The position numbers and the translations under genes were made by a program. Below the pieces are notes generated by a model. That model worked only from the letters and a program-made list of their open reading frames with translations. It did not search any database and was not told the DNA's origin. This document shows, piece after piece, positions 62,092 to 64,000 of a stretch of 64,000 nt of DNA. How positions within the stretch are numbered: position 1 is the first letter of the stretch; each line of letters opens with the position of its first letter. Origin of the DNA: Gemmatimonadetes bacterium 13_2_20CM_2_65_7 (GTDB lineage Bacteria > Gemmatimonadota > Gemmatimonadetes > Gemmatimonadales > GWC2-71-9). The DNA lies in NCBI GenBank assembly GCA_001915025.1, contig MNDR01000039.1, forward strand, positions 1,132 to 65,131. The letters run 5' to 3'.

Positions 62092-62813
62092 ACGCTCCGC
62101 TCAAACTGTTGATGCCGCTCCGCGTCCCCGAGCTGGCGCCTTCGCTCGGTCGCATCATCGTACCGCGCCGGCTCCTGCCGCCGTGGGTGCCACTGGACGA
62201 TATCCGTGAAGAGCTGGCGACCCGCGTGTTGGAGCTGGGGGCGGAGGGACGCGCGGCGCCGGTGCGCCGATCCATTCTCGAGACGACGGGCCGCGGCGCC
62301 TGGGCGGTCGCCTGGGACAACGCCGTTCGCCGCGCGGCGCTTCGCGTGGCCGACGCACTCGACGCTGAGATCATGCGCGCGGCGCGACGAGTGCGCCTGC
62401 CGCGCCGGCGCCTGCGCCGCCACTTGCTGAACAATGCGGAGAAGCGCGCGATTGTGGCGCGACTGGGGACGGGTGCGGGGGCGTTCGTTGCGGCGCTCGA
62501 TGAGCTGGAGGCCGCCGCCGGTCGCGTGGCCGATGCGACCGTGCTGGACAAAGACGCCTACGCCGCCTGGCAGGAAGCGCTGCGTACGGTCGCGCGACGG
62601 CTCGAGGCAGCCTGGCTTGCGCTCGAGAACGAAGTCGAAGCCGAGCAGCGACGGTGGGCTCCCGAAATCGACGCGATAGCCGCGTGGCGGCCGCCACTGT
62701 GGCCCGTTTTCGTCGTCTGGATTCCACTCGCGGTGCTACTCGTGTGGCTTGGCCTCATCGTCGGCGGGTACGTGGCCGCCCCTCCGTGGCTCGCGGCACA
62801 GCTGGGCTTCTAG
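62088..62813 (+). CDS. Hypothetical helical protein with C-terminal transmembrane anchor
   Basis: GTG 62088 (GTGA overlap). Ala/Arg-rich helical protein ending in the TM segment PLWPVFVVWIPLAVLLVWLGLIVGGYV. No family recognised. Confidence 0.45.
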   Translation: MNAPLKLLMPLRVPELAPSLGRIIVPRRLLPPWVPLDDIREELATRVLELGAEGRAAPVRRSILETTGRGAWAVAWDNAVRRAALRVADALDAEIMRAARRVRLPRRRLRRHLLNNAEKRAIVARLGTGAGAFVAALDELEAAAGRVADATVLDKDAYAAWQEALRTVARRLEAAWLALENEVEAEQRRWAPEIDAIAAWRPPLWPVFVVWIPLAVLLVWLGLIVGGYVAAPPWLAAQLGF

Positions 62814-62827
62814 CTCTCCTGATCAGC

Positions 62828-64000
62828 GTGACCTTCGCGGCCGGGGCTCCAGCGCAGCTGCGTCTGGTCGAGGTCCCGATCTCCGGCCGGGGCAGTCTGG
62901 ACTCGCTCGCGCGTCTCGGCTTCGAGGTGGCGGACGTGCGTTCAGTCGCTGGAGCGTTGCGCGCACTGATTGTCGTCTCGCCCGAGACGGAATCGCGGCT
63001 GACCTTGCGGGGATTTCGAGTCGCGACGCCCACGTTCGCCCGCGTGTCCGCGGGCGCGGTCGAGGACACCTTCCACACGTTCCATTCATTCGACAATCCG
63101 GCTAACGGAATTCGCGCGACCCTGAATGCATGGGCGGCTGCGGATTCCGTTATCCACGTCGATTCCGTCGGTGCCTCCTATGAAGGGCGTCCGATTTTGG
63201 CCGTAAAGGTCGGCGCAGCCGCGGATGATCCCGCGCGGCCGAACGTGCTCTTCATGGCGACGCATCACGCGCGCGAGTGGATCTCGACGGCCGTCGCGAT
63301 GAAGCTGATTCGCTGGCTCGCTGACTCCGGGGGGGGCGCCGCGCTCGCAACGCACGACGTGTGGGTGATTCCCGTCGAAAACCCGGACGGCTACCAGTAC
63401 AGCTTCACCACCGAGCGCTACTGGCGGAAGAATCGGCGGTCCAACGACAACGGCAGCTACGGCGTTGACCCCAACCGCAATTATCCAGCCTTTTGGGGCA
63501 TCGACGAGCTTGGGTCGAGCAGCTCACAGGATGCGGAGACCTATCGCGGAACGGCCCCGGCCTCTGAGCCTGAGACGCAGGCGATCATGGCGTTTCACGC
63601 GGCGCACCCGCCGGTGGTCGCCGTGTCGTATCACAGCTACAGTGGGCTGGTGCTGTATCCGTGGGGATTTCGCTCGGGCCAGCTGGCGCCCGACCTGCAG
63701 CGCTACCAGGCGCTCGCCGGCACCGATCTCGTGCCCGCGGTGCTCGACAGCGTGCCCGGATCGCCGATCGACCACTATCACCCCGGCCCCGGTTGGAATC
63801 TCTATCCGACCAACGGCGAGTACACCGACTGGGCATATCGCACCTACGGAACGATCGCGTTTACAACGGAGCTGACGAGCGGCTGCTGCGTCGCTGGTCT
63901 GTATTACGGGTTCGAGTTTCCGGACGACAGCGCATTGGTCGAACGCGTCTTCCGCGACAACCTCCCATTTGCTCGCGCGCTGATCGCGGCCTCGGGGGAT
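62828..64000 (+). CDS. M14 family zinc carboxypeptidase, 3' partial
   Basis: The frame is open from GTG 62828 to the window end, and it is absent from the ORF track because it has no stop in the window. Motifs are MATHHAREWIS (HxxE zinc site), ENPDGY, WRKNRR, VDPNRNY and SYHSYSG. Confidence 0.8.
   Translation, partial: MTFAAGAPAQLRLVEVPISGRGSLDSLARLGFEVADVRSVAGALRALIVVSPETESRLTLRGFRVATPTFARVSAGAVEDTFHTFHSFDNPANGIRATLNAWAAADSVIHVDSVGASYEGRPILAVKVGAAADDPARPNVLFMATHHAREWISTAVAMKLIRWLADSGGGAALATHDVWVIPVENPDGYQYSFTTERYWRKNRRSNDNGSYGVDPNRNYPAFWGIDELGSSSSQDAETYRGTAPASEPETQAIMAFHAAHPPVVAVSYHSYSGLVLYPWGFRSGQLAPDLQRYQALAGTDLVPAVLDSVPGSPIDHYHPGPGWNLYPTNGEYTDWAYRTYGTIAFTTELTSGCCVAGLYYGFEFPDDSALVERVFRDNLPFARALIAASGD

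Overview
Visibly high-GC (about two-thirds G+C by eye, not computed), very gene-dense bacterial chromosome segment. I call about 60 protein genes. Many are joined by 1- or 4-nt start/stop overlaps (TGATG, ATGA, GTGA). I found no rRNA, tRNA, CRISPR array, transposase, integrase or phage genes. All family assignments come from motifs I recognise in the translated ORF track, since no database search was possible. The content is mostly housekeeping or core metabolism: OdhA/Kgd-type 2-oxoglutarate dehydrogenase, PEP carboxylase, glcDEF, aroB, glnK-amtB, TamA/TamB, a short primary-like sigma factor, Fpg/Nei glycosylase, a GH38 mannosidase, and peptidases. The short FCB-style sigma-70, weak Shine-Dalgarno usage and the gene set suggest Gemmatimonadota or a relative, but that is only an inference. 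Four observations stand out. (1) A secreted peroxiredoxin is split in the ORF track by an in-frame TGA exactly at the peroxidatic Cys position. A hairpin follows 14 nt downstream, so it is probably a selenocysteine enzyme, and it sits next to a CcdA/TlpA reductant-export pair. (2) There is a set of 43-109 bp tandem-unit repeats with unrelated sequences: five imperfect palindromes of 71-109 bp whose arms are about four tandem copies of a 7-10 nt unit, plus one self-complementary 43-bp TGATCA heptamer array. Four of the palindromes lie in frame inside essential-type genes (two in kgd linkers, one in glcF, one in the glcD tail). I know of no described family for this. (3) A lower-GC 170-bp intergenic patch upstream of the sigma gene carries one perfect TTATCCACA plus several near-consensus DnaA boxes in convergent orientation. 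(4) Smaller oddities include a cytidylate-kinase-like gene whose conserved N-terminus has no canonical start codon (GTAA overlap), a 9-bp in-frame tandem repeat (GMG)x5, a pseudoknot-capable leader upstream of a homocysteine-methyltransferase/MTHFR fusion, and a 60-aa four-CxxC small ORF. The many long ORFs antisense to real genes are high-GC artefacts and were rejected.
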